From contig NC_043008.1 in assembly GCF_006345805.1 (NCBI RefSeq), positions 69,254,001-69,318,000 of the forward strand: a DNA stretch of 64,000 bases, written 5' to 3'. Origin of the DNA: Octopus sinensis (taxonomy: Eukaryota). Positions 48,770-61,909 of the stretch are shown here, in pieces (the stretch's first letter is position 1; each line of letters begins with the position of its first letter). The notes beneath the pieces are model-generated. The model made no database searches. It was not told the DNA's origin and saw only the letters and a program-made list of their open reading frames with translations. A program made the position numbers and the translations under genes.

Positions 48770-50540
48770 TTTCTTCTTTCAAATTTGCTTCCATTTCTTG
48801 CCGAGTGTCTTCCCGACTCCTAGGGCAAAGGAACTCATAGTATACATTGGTAGGCCATTAAACCAAACTCAGTAGTTCGTTCATTTTTTTTTTTTTTTTT
48901 AAAGTTAAATTAAAATACATGAGCAGCAACAGTTCTCACATCGACAATGCTCTTCTCAATACGTGTGATGTACCAGTTAAGACAATCTTTTGCACTTCTT
49001 GCAGGGATGGTAAGCCAGGGATCATTCTCATATAATTTTCGGTTCCCTTCTTGATGATCATTCCTAGTGCTCCTACGATCACTGGTATTGTAACCGCCTT
49101 GAGATGCCACATTTTCTCAATTTCAATGAGTAGGTCTTTATATTTTCTGAGCTTGTCAAACTCTTTCGCTGAGATATTATGATCACAGGGTATGCTCATG
49201 TCGATCAATAAGCAAACTTTATTGTTTTGGTCTTTCACAACAATATCTGGTTTATTGGCCTTGATGGTTCGGTCTGTATGTACTGGAAAGTCCCACAGAA
49301 CGGTTACATTTTTCTCCTTCAGTTACAGCCTCAGGGTGGTGATTATACCACTTGTCGGCAGTATTGATATTGTAATGCCGACTTATTAGCCTGTGGAGAT
49401 ATTGGCCAACTCTGTCATGTATTAATTTATACTCCACTGGTGCTAAGACTTTACATCCAGAGATTAGGTGGTCCACTGTTTCAATCATGTCGTTGCAGAA
49501 TCGGCATTTTGGGTCTGCTCCATTTTTCATCACATTGGCCTGGTAGTTCCGGGTTAATAGGCTTTGATCTTGAGCAGCCAGGATGAAACCTTCGCTCTCT
49601 GGTTTTAGCCCTGAGCTCCGTAGCCACTGATGGATTTGCTCCTGGTCAACATCAGCTTGTTTGCTGCGGGTCACATATTTGCCGTGCAGGGGTTTCTCCT
49701 CCCACCTATCAGCCAATTGCTCGTGCGCTTTCTTCATTGCCATCATTTTCACCTTCTTTGCAACAATAGTTGCCGTACTTCCCTCGGGTTGTTCAGTTTG
49801 GGTATCCTGCACGAGATCAATAGCAAATTTTTTGCTTTCCTTTATGATAGAATGAAGCTTCTTTCGTCTCTCGTGATTTTCCACGAGCTTTAGCATCCAG
49901 TCATTCGATATTTCGAGATATTTGGCCAGTCCAATTGTGGTTCTTTCGTAAGCTAGTTCAAATTGGATCAGGCCTCGACCTCCTTGGGCTCTGGGAAGGT
50001 AAAGGCGATCTGCGTATTTTTCTATCTATATTCTTTACTTCACTCATATTCCAGTTCAACACATTGTAGCTATAAGTAACAACTGGAACTGCTAAGGAAT
50101 TTATAGCTAACACCTTGTTACGTGCATTTAGTTCAGATTTCAGGACTGCACGAACTCTCCTATAACATTCCTTCTTGATTTTCTCTTTCATGCTTGCATG
50201 CTGAATACCAGAGCCTTCATTTATCCCTAAATATTTGTATGTTTGTTCTGGCTCAAGCTCTCTTATGACTGTGTCAACATCTAACACGACTGAATTTGTG
50301 GTCTTCACTTTCCCTTTCTGGAAAGTGGCCTTGGCACACTTCTCAAGTCCAAACTCCATCCCGATGTCATCGCTGAATGCTTTCACGGTGCGCAATAGGC
50401 CTTCAAGTTCATTATTGTCTTTACCATAAAGTTTTAAGTCATCCATACAAAATAGATGGCTTATTTTTTTATTGGCAATTTTATACCCATACCCTGTTCT
50501 GTTTAATTCACTTGTAAGGGGTATTAGGGCTATGCAGAAT
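48770..50540 (-). mobile_element. R4/Dong-type LINE D2, truncated within the RT
   Basis: Reads HLFCMDDLKLY...YKYLG, CRFCNDMIETVDHLISGC and KPDIVVKDQNNKVCLLIDMSIP. It carries frameshifts and an internal deletion near 49990. Confidence 0.95.
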
Positions 50541-50558
50541 TTATTACTATTATTATTA

Positions 50559-50589
<31 letters not shown>

Positions 50590-50609
50590 CGTTGTTGTTG
50601 TTGTTGCTG

Positions 50610-50652
<43 letters not shown>

Positions 50653-50690
50653 TATTATTATTATTATTATTATTACTATTATTATTATTA

Positions 50691-50723
<33 letters not shown>

Positions 50724-50811
50724 TATTATTATTATTATTACTATTATTATTATCATTATTATTATTATTATTATTATCATTATTATTATTATTATTATTA
50801 TTATTTTTATT

Positions 50812-53800
50812 ATAGACGACGCACAGTATACAATATCATGGGGTTGTTGATTGCAGATATTATGTCTACCAGGGTAAGGGTGGGGTTGCACTGATTGTCA
50901 AGTCACAACAACGACCTCAGACAGACAGTTCCTTTCTCAATATGCGTGCAGTTCCAAGTAATGCCGACTTTTACAATACATCTAGATTGTAGGGAATTTC
51001 TAAGGTTTTCAGATGTATTTTCAGGTTGGGTGGCATTGAACCCAGTGCTCCTACGACAACAGATATAACCTTTATGTTTGACTCTCGTAGCTGCCACATC
51101 TTAGCGATCTCAATTCTCAGGTTTTTATATTTATCAACTTTTTCTCTTTCTTTCATGATGATCTGTTGATTTCCTGGTACTGCCACGTCAATTATTCGGC
51201 ACTCATATTTGTCCCTCCTGAAGGTTACTATATCCGGCCTCCGGCGCTCTAACAGTTTGCCTCTCTGGAAATCAAAGTTCCAGGGGATTTTTACCTTTCC
51301 CTTTTTGTCCATTAACTTTTCCAGTGTATGTTGGTACCCTTACTTACGGTATAGTAGCCAGTGGAGGTTTTGGGCTACCTTATCGTGTCTACGCTTGTAC
51401 TCTTTCTGCGCAAGACTTTCAAAAGCACCAACACGCTTTCGACCCTCTTCCCACACAATCTGCAGAGGTCTATTGCACTTCTGTGCTATATATTCTTTTC
51501 CACTGAGTTGGTATTCAATGCCTGGTCCTAGGCAGCGATAATTAGGCTTTCAGAATTCTTCTTTAGGTCACCCTTGTTGAACCGCCTCCATGATGTTCCC
51601 TGGTCTTTTAATTCGTTCGTTTCACAGTGGAACTGACCATGTAATTCCATACGGAGTAGAGTTTCTTCTCTTTCGTTAGCTGTTCTTCATCGAAATTCAT
51701 GAGCACTCTCAAGTCCAATTTTGTTAACTCCTTCTGCACTAGCAGCATACTGTAGCAGCTCTTGTTTGCTGTTTACCAAATATTCTGCCATGTTTCTTCT
51801 TTCACTGTTGATGCACTCCCGTACATCCCGTAATCAACCCACGTCCACCTTTACCCCTCTTCATGTAGAGTCTGTGTATGTTTGCCTTAGGATGGAGGGC
51901 ACCATGTCTTTCGAGTAGTGCGATCAAGTTGGTCAATCTCCGCTTGTGTGCATTTCTGGATGGGTGCATCATTTCAAGATGGGTGCGGACTACAGCAACA
52001 TCCTTTATGTTGATGGCAGCCACAAGGTTCCTTCAATTGAGCTTTGATTTCAAGAGAAGTTTGAGGCGCTTGAAATATGCAGTGACGACCTTGTCTTTCA
52101 TTTCTGTGTGCAAGATATTGTCCAGCTGCAGGATCCCAAGGTACTTTTACCCATCATAATCCGGGTCTTCCATGCCCTCTCCGTTTGGCAATTCTATGCC
52201 CCTACAATCTGCTCTTTTCCCCCATTTCAATGTAAGAACTGCACACTTCGAGATTCCGAATACCATCCTTATATCTTTGTTTCACAGTTGCACAGTCTCA
52301 ACCAGCCTCCACATTTCAGGCTCTGTTTTTACGAAGACTTTGAAATCATCCATGAAGAGAAGGTGGTTGAGACGAGGTCCGTTCTTTCTCAGCTCATAGT
52401 GCACGTTGATTTTGCGTAGTACTACAGAAAGTGGGATCAAGGCTATAACATATAACAGAGATGAACAAGAGTCTTTTGGAAGGTACCTCTTTTGATTGTT
52501 ACCTCGGCTAAGTGCTGGTTATTACAAGAAAGACGTGTTTTCCAACTAGGCATGCTATTCTTAATCAGTGCACACACGTTCTCAGCTATTCCACACATAT
52601 TGAGTTTTTCCAAAATCCACGAATGCGGCAACATGTCTATCCAGGTTATGCATAAGTTTTTTTGGTACCGTTTACAGTTCTTCATTATAATCTTATCTAT
52701 CTCAAGGTGGTCCTTGGTGCCCTTGCATCCTTTTCGGCATCCCTTGTATTCTACTGGTAGTAGATTGTTTTCCGGAAACAACGTATATATTTTCCCTGCG
52801 AGGCTACCTGTTAAAACTTTCCATATGAGGTTAAAATAAGCAATGGGTCGGTAATTACCAACCTCATTGCCCTTTGACCGATCTTTCATTAACAATGTTG
52901 TTCTTCCCTCTACCATCCACTCCGGAACTGCACTGTTTTAGGCAGCAATTCTCTTGTGTATTGACCTAAACCACTTGATCCAGTAGCCTTGAATTCCGTC
53001 TGGTCCTGCCGCTTTCCAGTTTGGCAGCTTTGATATCTGTCCAATAGCATCATCCGTTGTTATGCGCACATGGCCCAGCCGTGGAGCCTTCGATTGATGA
53101 AGTTCAGATCTCATGGAATGAATCCACTCAGCACTGTAGTTATGCGAAACCTCTCGTCCCCAGATGTTATTCCAAAATTGGCGGGTTTCTTCGGCTTCAG
53201 AAGGTGTATTATCTTCTGTATTTCCTCCTAAGCCCTTAAAAAACTACCTCTGGTTATTTGAGAATAACCAGTTTTGCTGGAACTACGATATAGGATCAGT
53301 GTAGGGCTCCACCTTTAATGTTTTAACCCGCACACGTTGTTTTGGGGGTTCCATGAAAGTTTTGAATCCATTCTTTTCTGTTTAGTACTTCGCGACAAGA
53401 TATGCACTTGCATTTTCTTTTCTATTTTCCATTGCCCTTTGGACTACTCTTCTATGTGGCTCAGATCTTTACGCAAAGTTAGAATATCGCCTTCAATTCT
53501 CCGCTTCCACCTTGGCTCCTTCTGTTATCTACTTTCCTCTGTTTCTTTCCAACCAGTTCACCAACTAAGATTGAAGTGGATCTTATTAAGTCTCTTGTTT
53601 ACGTTAGACATTTTTTCAGAATGTATTTCAAAATTTCGTCAACTTTTGGGGTCACGCGTTTCACATTGTTACGCTCGAAGCTTCTTAGACTCACCGGTAT
53701 GATCTCTGTTCTTGTAATTATTATATCCTCGACTCTTTTCCTGAGGATTCTCTGTTCCTCAATCAAATTCTCTCTTATTTCAGAATTTTCTACATTATAT

Positions 53801-54587
53801 TGATTGACCAGCCTCTCCTCCACTACATGTTCATCTTGGCTACGCATTCGCTAATCGTCACCTACGTTATCCTCCTCGAGATGCTCACCACTACCGAGGC
53901 TTTTCCTGATTGTCTGAATCTGGGCCTCATTAAGAAAGCCTCCATTCCGAATTATTCTTATCTGATTCATATGTCCATTTTCAGTAACCTAGAACATACC
54001 CAGCTGGTTCCAAAGTTCTAATGATCTTTTTCCGACAGCTTTACATTTGCCATTGATTTTGTCTAGCAGGGGTTGTTCATGGCACTGAATCACCTTTTGG
54101 TTCATATCAACAAACCACTTGCGTTTGCGAGCACATTGCATAATTACACCAGTACAAAGACTACGTGTTGAAGTTTGGCTAGCAGTTGTTGGTTTACGAC
54201 CGGACCCACCCTGCTGCACAGTGGGACATCTTCCGGGTGCGGTACCTTCACCATTATCGTCATTTATTTTGCTTGGCATTCTCACTCACAAATGACGTGT
54301 GTTTTTAGGTTGCTACCAAACGGTATTTTTATCGAGACACCATCTCTATCAAAGTAGTCCACCAAGGCGGCAGTATCCTTTGCTCACCTGGTTTTGGGCT
54401 TGGGGTGTTCCTTCTCCAAGGCTACTTGCCACCCAAGTCTAACCAGTACAGCCTAACCGGAGCACTGGTTATTTGGAGGCGCCAGATACTCGCCTTTTCC
54501 CACACTTCTGTTGATTTTGTGAAGGAGCCGGGTTTGACTAAGGAGTCCTATCTTCCCCAGTTTTTAAATCAGAGTATTCCTTCTCCT
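50812..54587 (-). mobile_element. R4/Dong-type LINE D3, full length (about 3.8 kb) but frameshifted
   Basis: 5' UTR at 54587-54290 and ORF start MPSKINDD near 54280. RT includes GPDGIQGY, NYRPI, KGCRKGCKGTKDHL and the FMDD motif at 52345-52356; the RLE reads RRPDIVTF...IIDVAVP. TAA tracts flank both ends. Confidence 0.93.
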
Positions 54588-54611
54588 AATTATTATTACC
54601 ATTATCATTAT

Positions 54612-55012
54612 TGCCTTTGCAGAGCTTCTAACGCTGGAGATGTACTACGGTGTCAGCTGTTCACTACCAGTGAAGTAAGGTAACACCTTTCATTTTCGAG
54701 CACCTTCCGGAGTATTCGAGCGGTTCCAAGCAGTGCTGTTTTATGCAAGTGCTCCACCCTTATTGCAGCCCCTATTTGTTCCTTGTACTTCTCAAGACTT
54801 TTGCTCGCTGTTTCCAGGCTCTGTCTTCCTTTTCGCACACCTTGTTGTCAGCTGGACATGCTATATCTATGATCCTGCATAGTTTGCTTTCTTTCTCAAT
54901 TAAGACTATGTCTGGCTACTTATTCTCTATCTCATGGCCGCACTGAATCATAGAATCCCTCAGGATCTTTGCATTATCATTTTCGATTATGCCTTTGGGT
55001 TTGTGGTCATGG
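54612..55012 (-). mobile_element. R4/Dong-type LINE D4, short 3' fragment
   Basis: Reads DHKPKGIIENDNAKILRD...PDIVLIEKESKLCRIIDIACP...KTALLGTARILRKVL, with a TAA-like tail. Confidence 0.88.
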
Positions 55013-55045
55013 TTGTTGTTGTTATTACTATTTATTATCATTATT

Positions 55046-55080
<35 letters not shown>

Positions 55081-55099
55081 TATCATTATTATTATTATT

Positions 55100-55332
55100 A
55101 TTACACACCTTTTCTTTTCCACCTCCTCCTCCACGTTTTATTTTCCTCCTCTTCCCATCCTCCCATCCTCCTCTTCAAATCATCCCCTCCCCTCTCGTTC
55201 TTCCGCCTCCTCACATCATCCCCCCTCCTCCCCTCTTCCACTTCCTCCTATCTTTCTCCCCCTTCTTATCTCCTCCTCCTCCACCACCACCTCCTCCTTC
55301 ATTGTCGTCGTCGTCATCATCATCATCCTTAC

Positions 55333-55365
<33 letters not shown>

Positions 55366-55440
55366 CTTCCCCACCATCTTCCTCCCTTCCTCCTCCTCCT
55401 AATCCTCCTCCCCCTCCTCCTCCTCATCATCATCATATTC
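55100..55440 (+). repeat. (CCT)/(CAT)-rich polypyrimidine tract
   Basis: Direct inspection. Confidence 0.85.
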
Positions 55441-56634
55441 TTTTCGTTTTGTTGTAGTTGTCGTTGCTGCTGCTATTTATTACAGTTGTTGTTGTCGTTA
55501 CTGTTAGCCTTTGATGCCGATGCTGACAACGACCTCAATGAAGACAAACGATGACGACAGTGGTGACCACGACTACGATGATGATGATGATGACGGTTAC
55601 GATGACGACGACGTCGACGACGCCAACGCTGTTGCTGTCGTCGTAAACGTCTTCAAATTGTTGCGTTGTTAGCAGAACACCTCATAAGAAACTTAAAAAA
55701 ATGTCCTCGTTACTATCATAGTCCGCCATAAACAAACTTACAAACATATTTAAAACACAGATTTTCCAGGCTGTTTCTAAACGAATTCGGAATTCCTGCC
55801 TTGCAGCGTTCCATATTAACATAAACAATATTTATAATAACATCACTGACTCCATCTCTGTTTTGATTACAACTTTAAACTGTCTTGCTGCCGGAGATTT
55901 CGTTGTGTTTGCATAGATCATGATTTCAGTTAGAGTGATCTTTGTCCAATTTCAAATTCTTATATTGGAACACACAATCCAAGCATTAAAACTATTGTTA
56001 CACATTGTAAAGCACAGATGCGGCTTAAGATGGCTTTATTCTGAAAATCTTATATATCTAATAATTTTTTCTTTTTCATCCGACGTTAGTATTGTTGATT
56101 TTGGCTAATTGACTTCTGTAGGCACTTAGTTCTGTTTCTATAATGTCACTAGAAACATGCATTGATTCTTCTGTGTGTTTAAATTGTTGTTGGCGTTGTT
56201 GGTGTTGGTGTTGATGTTGGTGGTGGTAGTGTTTTCGTGGAGGTGGTGGAGCTGATGGTGGTAGTGGTTGTGGTGTTCTTTGGTCGACGGGAAATATTGC
56301 TTCTTCGAGAGTGTTATGCTACTAGGAGAAAAAAATGGCTTCGTAGGAATTATGTTGGAAAGTTTGAGGAAATTCAGAAACTCGAAGTATACTAAATATA
56401 TTTATTTTGAAAGCATATTTTTTTGGTTCGTCTTTTATACATACATACGTACGTACATACATATGCATACTTGCTCACACACGCACACACAAATGTTCAT
56501 CTATCTGTCTCTATCTGTCTATCTCTCTATCTTTCTATACGTGAGTGTATTTTTATACATATGTGTTGTGTGTGTTTTTTTGTGTATGTGCGTGTATATA
56601 TATATATTATATATATAATATATGTATATATATG

Positions 56635-56683
<49 letters not shown>

Positions 56684-56748
56684 GTACATACATATATATA
56701 TATATATACATATACATACATATATATACATACATACATATATATATA

Positions 56749-56834
<86 letters not shown>

Positions 56835-56835
<1 letters not shown>

Positions 56836-57170
56836 GGTATAGAGGTGAAGAGGATTCTGGGATGTTGTATATCTGAGGTGGGGTGGAAGTGAAAGGGTCC
56901 TATTTGTATTTAGGTGTTTAGTAGCGATAGACTGTTAATCGAAACACATTAATTCTTAATGTCGATATTGGCGACATGTGGGATGGGGTGCGTCGCGTGC
57001 GGAAACGTATGTATAAAGATGTGTATGGAAGGTACTGGAAGTAGGATTGCTTGTAGTTGCGATAGCGGACGAAGAATTAAGTGAGATAAGAAGGTAGGCG
57101 TCTGTCTTTGAGACAATGGTTGATGTGGGTTGATATGGTGATTGAAATTTTGTTAATTAGAGTTATGTCA
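56835..57170 (-). mobile_element. Possible decayed Penelope RT N-terminal fragment
   Basis: The C-rich minus strand reads KISITISTHINHCLKDRRLPS and ...RILFT(S)LY, loosely resembling the PLE region from LP..A..LI to LFTLDVxSLY. Confidence 0.35.
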
Positions 57171-57441
57171 TTCTCTTAGATGTCGTCTACGAAGTTTATG
57201 AATATCTAGCTGTAGCAGCAGCGGTAGTGGTGGCGGAGGTAGTAGCAGCCGTGATCGATAGATGTGGGTCCTCAGTGAAATGATGGGTGGTGGGCAGCAA
57301 GTGATCGGAACAGATGAGTTTCTGTTCTTCAAGAGAAATCCATGCCTTTGGGGGATGTAATTTTGGTAAATCTGATAAGTGTAGGGGGGTCACCAGCCGA
57401 GGTCAAGAACTGGGAAGGCGATCGAGCGTGAAAACATTAAA

Positions 57442-57442
<1 letters not shown>

Positions 57443-57522
<80 letters not shown>

Positions 57523-57541
57523 GCTGCAGCTGCTGCTGCTG

Positions 57542-57588
<47 letters not shown>

Positions 57589-57680
57589 GCCGCCACCGCC
57601 GCCGCCGCCGCCACCACCACCACCACCACTACTACTACCACCACAACTACTACTATTGTTACTGCTACTGCTGCTACTAC
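57443..57680 (+). repeat. Compound (CTA)(CTG)(CTA)(CCG)(CCA)(CTA) microsatellite
   Basis: Direct inspection. Confidence 0.95.
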
Positions 57681-57994
57681 CGAGTAACCAAATCAAATGT
57701 GCCGATCAAACAATTCCTGTTCCGGCTGATTTCAAACATCTCCGCTATTGATACCAACCGATATCTACTTGTATTGATATTGGTGACCTTCAAACTATAA
57801 TCAGTCATATTCCATCAAAAGAATTGATAAAATCGGAAATTTATAGTGAAAGCTAGTTCTAGCAAGATTGGCAGATATACGCAAGAAATACCGAAAAATT
57901 ATTCGAAATCATTCGTACTGCTATTACTACTATAGCAGAAGATTCTTACCTAAATCCACTTAAGATCTGGTAAGGAGTAATCCAGTTTCGGTTA

Positions 57995-58297
57995 AGGTGC
58001 GTGCCTCAGTGGATAAGGCATTCAGCTTACGATCGTTAGGTTGTGAGTTCAAAAACCGACGCGCATTATCACCATGGGTAAGACACTTCATTCCACATTG
58101 CTCGCCAGTGCACTCAGCTGGCATCGATGTAGAGTAATTGTATTTCAAAAGGCCAGCCTTGTCACACGCCGTGGACTACGCTAAGGACACGCATGTCTGT
58201 TGAGTGCTCAACCCACTTGTAGGTTAATTTCCCGAAGAAGTAGTTCCACTGATCGGATCAACTGGAGCCCATGTCGTCGTAACCGACGGAGTGACGG
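57995..58297 (+). mobile_element. tRNA-derived SINE, family C
   Basis: GGTGCGTGCCTCAGTGGATAAGG...GTGAGTTCAAAAACC head, GGTAAGACACTT central block and GTCGTCGTAACCGACGG end. Confidence 0.75.
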
Positions 58298-58445
58298 GCA
58301 CCCAGTTTTGGATTGCTATTGTGCTCTTCAAATATAATTTTGTGATCTCTCTTTCTGTCTGTCTGTCGGTATTTCTTCAAATACATACATACATACATAC
58401 ATACATACATACATACATACATACATACATACATTCATACAAATA

Positions 58446-58538
58446 GGCGCAGGAGTGTCTGTGTGGTAACCAGCTTGCTAATTAACCACATGGTTTTGGG
58501 TTCAATCCCACTGCGTGGTACCATGGGCAAGTGTCTTC
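58446..58538 (+). mobile_element. SINE family B, head only
   Basis: GGCGCAGGAGTGTCTGTGTGGTAACCAGCTTGC...GGGTTCAATCCCACTGCG. Confidence 0.85.
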
Positions 58539-58541
58539 CAC

Positions 58542-59056
58542 AAAATTCATCAAAAGAAGATGATGGTGGTCTGGCGTAGATGTAATCCATTATGATTTCA
58601 TTAACCCTGGCTCATCAATCACAGCCGAAATATACTATACTGCACCCAACTAGACCAAATGATGCAGAAACAGCCCACTTTAGTCATGACAACGCCAGAC
58701 ACACGTCGCAAAAATGACATTGACGAAACTACAGGAGTTGAGTTTGAAATTCTCCATCATCCACCACACTCATCTGATCTTTCCCCCACTGACAACCACT
58801 TCGTCCAGAATTTGGATAACATTTTGATAGGAAAATAAATTCAATTCTGACGATGCTGTAAAACAGGCCTTCAAAGATTTTACTAACTCTAGTTTGCCAG
58901 CCTTTTACAGTTCCGGGCTGGAAAGCGACCACTAAAATGGCAAAAGTGTATTGACAATATGGGTGTATACTTGATGAATAAACCTATTCCTTGTATTTAT
59001 AAAACATTAGTAAACATTTTTCTCTTTTCTACAAATTTCATACTTCACAACCTAAT
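58542..59056 (+). mobile_element. Mariner transposase, C-terminal half with right TIR
   Basis: Reads HQKKMM..W...VIHYDFINPG.SITAE..C.QLDQM...HDNAR.H...HHPPHSSDLSPTDNHF...KWQKCIDNMGVY and ends in ACAACCTAATA. Confidence 0.88.
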
Positions 59057-59184
59057 ATGTATATATGTATGTACCTAATCACGATCGCATCGCACTTGCT
59101 ACTTATAAGTTCTGCATTGACACCCTCTAAGTTGGTAGTCTATTACCATGAAGGACTTAACGATTCCTGCTCCGAAAGAAACCG

Positions 59185-59374
<190 letters not shown>

Positions 59375-59382
59375 TTAATAAT

Positions 59383-59418
59383 GTGTCACTTCGATGGCAT
59401 GCACTGCTCTCTCACTCA
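59383..59418 (+). mobile_element. 555-bp repeat, 3'-terminal 36-bp fragment
   Basis: GTGTCACTTCGATGGCATGCACTGCTCTCTCACTCA lies between TAA tracts. Confidence 0.75.
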
Positions 59419-59495
59419 ATAATAATAATAAAATAATAATAATAATAATAAAATAATAATAATAATAATAATATTAATAATAATAATAATAATAT

Positions 59496-59963
59496 GACTC
59501 TCATGGCTTCTCATCTTAACTGATTAGAAGTGTTATCATGTACATTGTTTTGTCTTGTTATAAAAGATGGGCTACAGTAAATATTCTGGTCAATACCACA
59601 GATTTGCTTGTCAGTTTGACCATAACCAGTTGAGCATGTCTCACGAGCAGAAGTAGTGTTGAAAGGAATTCTTAGAGGTTTGCATAATTCACCTTTGGAA
59701 ACATGGGTGTTTCGTTCAACATCCTTAATCCTTATTCAGGGACCTTTTGAGCGGGATGGGCTATTCGACCTGAAAAAATTCTAACTGGGCCCACACCTGC
59801 AAGGTCATGCGCTGTTTATCTTGAGATCACCATGTCACGCACATATGGTTGTGATGCATGTGCCTGGTGTACCCTTATCAAACGGGTAGTCATGATGGGT
59901 ATACTGAGCTTCGTATATTTTACCACAGTGTCACTTTGATGCCATGCACTGCTCTCTCATTCA
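59496..59963 (+). mobile_element. 555-bp repeat, near-full copy with internal deletions
   Basis: Reverse complement of the 46671 copy, followed by ATAAT. Confidence 0.9.
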
Positions 59964-59973
59964 ATAATGATAT

Positions 59974-60833
59974 AACTGATTGGAAGTATTATCATGTACG
60001 TTGTTTTGTCTTGGTATAAAAGATGCGTTACAGCATATATTCTGCTCACTACCACAGATTTGCTTGTCAGTCTTTTGACCATTACCGGTTGAGCATGTGC
60101 ATCTCTGATCACGAGCAGAAGTAGTGGGGGAGCATCATAGCCATGTGCTGAAAGCATTTCTTTGGGGTTTGGATAATTGACCTTTGGAAACATGGATGTG
60201 TCGTTCAACATACTTAAACAACTTATAGGCGCAGGAGTGGATGTGTGGTAAGTAGCTTTCCAGGTTCAGTCCCACTGCGTGACACCTTGAGCAAGTGTCT
60301 TCTACTATAGCCTTGTGAGTGGACCAAAGCCTTGTGAGTGGATTTGGTAGACGGAAACTGAAAGAAGCCCGTCGTATATATATATATATACATATGTATG
60401 TATAAGTTTGTGTGTCTGTGTTTGTCCCCCCAACGTCTCTTGACAACCGATGCTGGTGTGTTTACGTCCCCGTAATATAGCGGTTTGGCAAAAGCGACCG
60501 ATAGAATAAGTACTAGGCTTACAAAGAATAAGTCCTGGGGTAGATTTGTTCCACTAAAGGCGGTGCTCGAGTATGACTACAGTCAAATGACTGAAACAAG
60601 TAAAAGAGTAAACGAGTAAAAAAAAAACCTTATTCAGGGACATTTTGAGCAGGATGGACTATTGAGCCTGAAGAAAATTCTGTAGTATGGTATGAGATCA
60701 TCAAGTCCCCCACATATTGTTGAGGTGCATCTGCCTGTTATCAAACTGGTATATGAAGCCCAGTAATGATAGGTATGCTGGGCTTCATATATTTTCCCCC
60801 AGTGTCACTTTGCTGGCATGCGGTGCTCTCTCA
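59974..60833 (+). mobile_element. 555-bp repeat interrupted by a family B SINE
   Basis: The 5' part at 59974-60225 and the 3' part at about 60626-60833 rejoin at AAACAAC/CCTTATTCAGGG. Confidence 0.85.
60228..60620 (+). mobile_element. SINE family B, full length
   Basis: GGCGCAGGAGTGGATGTGTGGTAAG head through the GACTGAAACAAGTAAAAGAGTAAA tail. Confidence 0.9.
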
Positions 60834-60914
60834 ATAATGATAATAATAATAATAATAACGATAATAATAATAATTATCATCATCATCATCATCATCATTA
60901 TTATTATTATTATA

Positions 60915-60965
<51 letters not shown>

Positions 60966-61021
60966 TATTATTATTATTATTATTATTATTGTCATCATCA
61001 TTATTATTACTATTATTATTC

Positions 61022-61880
61022 CAGTCTCACTCAGAAATTCGCTGAGAGAAAAATTCTACCTGAAAGGCCGAGCAGAGGTTGCGAATGCTTACATCACCTA
61101 CCTAATAGCTAACCACCTGACTCATGTGCCTTACGTCAGTCAATGTTGGGCTTGACCAGAGCGTTTAGTTTTCAACTTACTATGGAAAGGATGCGTTCCA
61201 CTTTTCAGGCGGTACATCTGTTGCCAGAGCCCTCTAGAGAACGGGCTTGGCATGCCATAACTGCTGATGCAAAGACAAGTGCTCCATCTAAGCCGTTTAC
61301 AAATCTTCCTGGAAGGTGTAGTCTCTGTCTGTAAGACACATTTCCGTAGCTCATCTCTGCAGTCCAGGATCAAGAAAAGTCCAAGATTGGGCGCCTGGCA
61401 CCTGGGGGTGTCATCAGGCGCTCACTGTCGGGTAATACGATCGGTGTGAGTTTTGCTTTAGCGAAATAGTGAAATCTAGTAGTGGGTAAGAGCAATGCCG
61501 TTCACGGCGAAACTCCAAATGTCGACGAGGCTGAACTAGCTGGTCTACTTCGGAGAACGTTCGGGCCCGGAACTCCTGTGGTAAATTTCCAGAAATACCA
61601 GCCTGAAGTGACTCTGCAGGCACAGAAATGTCATCGAGTGGGTTGGCCCGAAATGCGTGCAGGGTGACGAAACCGCACTGCACGCACTCTTACAGCGCCC
61701 GAGCATTTTTGTATTGTGAAGTTTTGTCGAACAGCTGTTATCATGTCTCGGACTATTCCGACTCTCGGCCGAATCCATCATGAGGGTCGCCCCACCATCT
61801 GCCTTTCACAAAGCAGAGCAAGCGATGTTTCTCTTACTAATGGTTATGGTGAAAGTGGCTGTGTGATGGACAAAGCTGAT
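61022..61880 (+). mobile_element. Tx1/L1-like ORF2, C-terminal part (pseudogene)
   Basis: Reads LKGRAEVANAYI...LVFNLLWKGCVPLFRRYICCQSPLENGLGMP, then KCVQGDETALHALLQRP (zinc finger) and RLSAESIMRVAPP. Confidence 0.85.
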
Positions 61881-61909
61881 TATTATTATTATTATTATTA
61901 TTATTATGA

